64,000 nucleotides of DNA, taken from Balanoglossus misakiensis. Taxonomy: Eukaryota > Animalia > Hemichordata. Location of the stretch: positions 1,115,630 through 1,179,629 of the forward strand of contig CM082586.2 of assembly GCA_040954595.2 (NCBI GenBank), written 5' to 3'. A program made the translations under genes and the position numbers. Below, piece by piece: positions 59,401-64,000 of the stretch. The notes beneath the pieces were generated by a model. It made no database searches and was not told where the DNA came from. It saw only the letters and a list, made by a program, of their open reading frames with translations. The first letter of the stretch is position 1. Each line of letters starts with the position of its first letter.

Positions 59401-62400
59401 AATTTTGAAAATTCGCAAAGTCGAAAAATTCTCATTTTTTGACGATTTTCCTGAGCTATAACCCATGGTTTTTTCAAAAATCGACCAAATTTTGAAAATT
59501 CGCAAAGTCGAAAAATTCTCATTTTTTGACGATTTTCCTGAGCTATAACCCATGGTTTTTTCAAAAATCGACCAAATTTTGAAAATTCGCAAAGTCGAAA
59601 AATTCTCATTTTTTGACGATTTTCCTGAGCTATAACCCATGGTTTTTTCAAAAATCGACCAAATTTTGAAAATTCGCAAAGTCGAAAAATTCTCATTTTT
59701 TGACGATTTTCCTGAGCTATAACCCATGGTTTTTTCAAAAATCGACCAAATTTTGAAAATTCGCAAAGTCGAAAAATTCTCACTTTTTGACGATTTTCCT
59801 GAGCTATAACCCATGGTTTTTTCAAAAATCGACCAAATTTTGAAAATTCGCAAAGTCGAAAAATTCTCACTTTTTGACGATTTTCCTGAGCTATAACCCA
59901 TGGTTTTTTCAAAAATCGACCAAATTTTGAAAATTCGCAAAGTCGAAAAATTCTCACTTTTTGACGATTTTCCTGAGCTATAACCCATGGTTTTTTCAAA
60001 AATCGACCAAATTTTGAAAATTCGCAAAGTCGAAAAATTCTCACTTTTTGACGATTTTCCTGAGCTATAACCCATGGTTTTTTCAAAAATCGACCAAATT
60101 TTGAAAATTCGCAAAGTCGAAAAATTCTCACTTTTTGACGATTTTCCTGAGCTATAACCCATGGTTTTTTCAAAAATCGACCAAATTTTGAAAATTCGCA
60201 AAGTCGAAAAATTCTCATTTTTTGACGATTTTCCTGAGCTATAACCCATGGTTTTTTCAAAAATCGACCAAATTTTGAAAATTCGCAAAGTCGAAAAATT
60301 CTCACTTTTTGACGATTTTCCTGAGCTATAACCCATGGTTTTTTCAAAAATCGACCAAATTTTGAAAATTCGCAAAGTCGAAAAATTCTCACTTTTTGAC
60401 GATTTTCCTGAGCTATAACCCATGGTTTTTTCAAAAATCGACCAAATTTTGAAAATTCGCAAAGTCGAAAATTCTCACTTTTTTGACGATTTTCCTGAGC
60501 TATAACCCATGGTTTTTTCAAAAATCGACCAAATTTTGAAAATTCGCAAAGTCGAAAAATTCTCACTTTTTGACGATTTTCCTGAGCTATAACCCATGGT
60601 TTTTCAAAAATCGACCAAATTTTGAAAATTCGCAAAGTCGAAAAATTCTCACTTTTTGACGATTTTCCTGAGCTATAACCCATGGTTTTTTCAAAAATCG
60701 ACCAAATTTTGAAAATTCGCAAAGTCGAAAAATTCGCATTTTTGACGATTTTCCTGAGCTATAACCCATGGTTTTTTCAAAAATCGACCAAATTTTGAAA
60801 ATTCGCAAAGTCGAAAAATTCGCATTTTTTGACGATTTTCCTGAGCTATAACCCATGGTTTTTCAAAAATCGACCAAATTTTGAAAATTCGCAAAGTCGA
60901 AAAATTCGCATTTTTTGACGATTTTCCTGAGCTATAACCCATGGTTTTTTCAAAAATCGACCAAATTTTGAAAATTCGCAAAGTCGAAAAATTCTCATTT
61001 TTTGACGATTTTCCTGAGCTATAACCCATGGTTTTTTCAAAAATCGACCAAATTTTGAAAATTCGCAAAGTCGAAAAATTCTCATTTTTTGACGATTTTC
61101 CTGAGCTATAACCCATGGTTTTTTTCAAAAATCGACCAAATTTTGAAAATTCGCAAAGTCGAAAAATTCTCATTTTTTGACGATTTTCCTGAGCTATAAC
61201 CCATGGTTTTTTCAAAAATCGACCAAATTTTGAAAATTCGCAAAGTCGAAAAATTCTCATTTTTTGACGATTTTCCTGAGCTATAACCCATGGTTTTTTC
61301 AAAAATCGACCAAATTTTGAAAATTCGCAAAGTCGAAAAATTCTCATTTTTTGACGATTTTCCTGAGCTATAACCCATGGTTTTTTCAAAAATCGACCAA
61401 ATTTTGAAAATTCGCAAAGTCGAAAAATTCTCATTTTTTGACGATTTTCCTGAGCTATAACCCATGGTTTTTTCAAAAATCGACCAAATTTTGAAAATTC
61501 GCAAAGTCGAAAAATTCTCATTTTTTGACGATTTTCCTGAGCTATAACCCATGGTTTTTCAAAAATCGACCAAATTTTGAAAATTCGCAAAGTCGAAAAA
61601 TTCTCATTTTTTGACGATTTTCCTGAGCTATAACCCATGGTTTTTTCAAAAATCGACCAAATTTTGAAAATTCGCAAAGTCGAAAAATTCTCATTTTTTG
61701 ACGATTTTCCTGAGCTATAACCCATGGTTTTTTCAAAAATCGACCAAATTTTGAAAATTCGCAAAGTCGAAAAATTCTCATTTTTTGACGATTTTCCTGA
61801 GCTATAACCCATGGTTTTTTCAAAAATCGACCAAATTTTGAAAATTCGCAAAGTCGAAAAATTCTCATTTTTGACGATTTTCCTGAGCTATAACCCATGG
61901 TTTTTCAAAAATCGACCAAATTTTGAAAATTCGCAAAGTCGAAAAATTCTCATTTTTTGACGATTTTCCTGAGCTATAACCCATGGTTTTTTTCAAAAAT
62001 CGACCAAATTTTGAAAATTCGCAAAGTCGAAAAATTCTCATTTTTTGACGATTTTCCTGAGCTATAACCCATGGTTTTTTCAAAAATCGACCAAATTTTG
62101 AAAATTCGCAAAGTCGAAAATTCTCATTTTTTGACGATTTTCCTGAGCTATAACCCATGGTTTTTTCAAAATCGACCAAATTTTGAAAATTCGCAAAGTC
62201 GAAAAATTCTCATTTTTTGACGATTTTCCTGAGCTATAACCCATGGTTTTTTCAAAAATCGACCAAATTTTGAAAATTCGCAAAGTCGAAAAATTCTCAT
62301 TTTTTGACGATTTTCCTGAGCTATAACCCATGGTTTTTTCAAAAATCGACCAAATTTTGAAAATTCGCAAAGTCGAAAAAATTCTCATTTTTTGACGATT

Positions 62401-64000
62401 TTCCTGAGCTATAACCCATGGTTTTTTCAAAAATCGACCAAATTTTGAAAATTCGCAAAGTCGAAAATTCTCATTTTTTGACGATTTTCCTGAGCTATAA
62501 CCCATGGTTTTTTCAAAAAATCGACCAAATTTTGAAAATTCGCAAAGTCGAAAAATTCTCATTTTTTGACGATTTTCCTGAGCTATAACCCATGGTTTTT
62601 TCAAAAATCGACCAAATTTTGAAAATTCGCAAAGTCGAAAAATTCTCATTTTTTGACGATTTTCCTGAGCTATAACCCATGGTTTTTTTCAAAAATCGAC
62701 CAAATTTTGAAAATTCGCAAAGTCGAAAAATTCTCATTTTTTGACGATTTTCCTGAGCTATAACCCATGGTTTTTTCAAAAATCGACCAAATTTTGAAAA
62801 TTCGCAAAGTCGAAAAATTCTCATTTTTTGACGATTTTCCTGAGCTATAACCCATGGTTTTTTTCAAAAATCGACCAAATTTTGAAAATTCGCAAAGTCG
62901 AAAAATTCTCATTTTTTGACGATTTTCCTGAGCTATAACCCATGGTTTTTTCAAAAATCGACCAAATTTTGAAAATTCGCAAAGTCGAAAAATTCTCATT
63001 TTTTGACGATTTTCCTGAGCTATAACCCATGGTTTTTTCAAAAATCGACCAAATTTTGAAAATTCGCAAAGTCGAAAAATTCTCATTTTTTGACGATTTT
63101 CCTGAGCTATAACCCATGGTTTTTTCAAAAATCGACCAAATTTTGAAAATTCGCAAAGTCGAAAAATTCTCATTTTTTGACGATTTTCCTGAGCTATAAC
63201 CCATGGTTTTTTCAAAAATCGACCAAATTTTGAAAATTCGCAAAGTCGAAAAATTCTCATTTTTTGACGATTTTCCTGAGCTATAACCCATGGTTTTTTC
63301 AAAAATCGACCAAATTTTGAAAATTCGCAAAGTCGAAAAATTCTCATTTTTTGACGATTTTCCTGAGCTATAACCCATGGTTTTTTCAAAAATCGACCAA
63401 ATTTTGAAAATTCGCAAAGTCGAAAAATTCTCATTTTTTGACGATTTTCCTGAGCTATAACCCATGGTTTTTTTCAAAAATCGACCAAATTTTGAAAATT
63501 CGCAAAGTCGAAAAATTCTCATTTTTTGACGATTTTCCTGAGCTATAACCCATGGTTTTTTCAAAAATCGACCAAATTTTGAAAATTCGCAAAGTCGAAA
63601 AATTCTCATTTTTTGACGATTTTCCTGAGCTATAACCCATGGTTTTTTCAAAAATCGACCAAATTTTGAAAATTCGCAAAGTCGAAAAATTCTCATTTTT
63701 TGACGATTTTCCTGAGCTATAACCCATGGTTTTTTCAAAATCGACCAAATTTTGAAAATTCGCAAAGTCGAAAAATTCTCATTTTTGACGATTTTCCTGA
63801 GCTATAACCCATGGTTTTTTTCAAAAATCGACCAAATTTTGAAAATTCGCAAAGTCGAAAAATTCTCATTTTTGACGATTTTCCTGAGCTATAACCCATG
63901 GTTTTTTCAAAAATCGACCAAATTTTGAAAATTCGCAAAGTCGAAAAATTCTCACTTTTTTGACGATTTTCCTGAGCTATAACCCATGGTTTTTTCAAAA
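50450..64000. repeat. Satellite DNA, 87-bp monomer, ~155 copies, runs off the window end
   Basis: Consensus GAGCTATAACCCATGGTTTTTTCAAAAATCGACCAAATTTTGAAAATTCGCAAAGTCGAAAAATTC(T/G)CA(T/C)TTTTTGACGATTTTCCT. Degenerate first monomer at ~50450-50570; one NcoI site (CCATGG) in most monomers. Confidence 0.98.

Noticed and set aside
50428-63998. Long minus-strand ORFs (up to 596 aa) of repeated MRIFRLCEFSKFGRFLKKPW / MGYSSGKSSK peptides
   Set aside because: 87 bp equals 29 codons, and two minus frames happen to lack stops. The ORFs switch frame at homopolymer indels, so there is no sign of frame selection; this is a satellite translation artefact.
50450-64000. CRISPR-like array
   Set aside because: Head-to-tail monomers with no unique spacers, no cas genes, and a eukaryotic context.

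Overview
Intron-rich animal genomic DNA (GT-AG spliced genes; inferred to be an invertebrate bilaterian, possibly a deuterostome). No prokaryotic, phage or CRISPR features are present. Order: long 5' intron and 17 coding exons of a gamma-syntrophin (+, 8506-13946); an uncharacterised type II single-pass membrane protein (-, 17000-18221); PRPF6 (+, 24 coding exons, 21607-29276); two tandem SLC18B1-like MFS transporter paralogs (-, 29778-33881 and 34612-38347); ADI1 (-, 41472-43532); an NXPE-family gene (+, 46430-50024); then an 87-bp satellite of ~155 copies from ~50.45 kb to the window end. All long ORFs past 50.4 kb are translations of the satellite. Most notable observations: a candidate 6-nt SRRM4-type microexon in the syntrophin; an inverted repeat pair bracketing four PRPF6 exons; asymmetric divergence of the SLC18B1 duplicates (GC-AG intron, lost dileucine tail); TTAA-flanked MITEs at gene ends; a 12-mer duplication and variant domains in the satellite. 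I cannot support a wholly new biological system from sequence alone. Exon coordinates were read by eye and may be off by a few bases.
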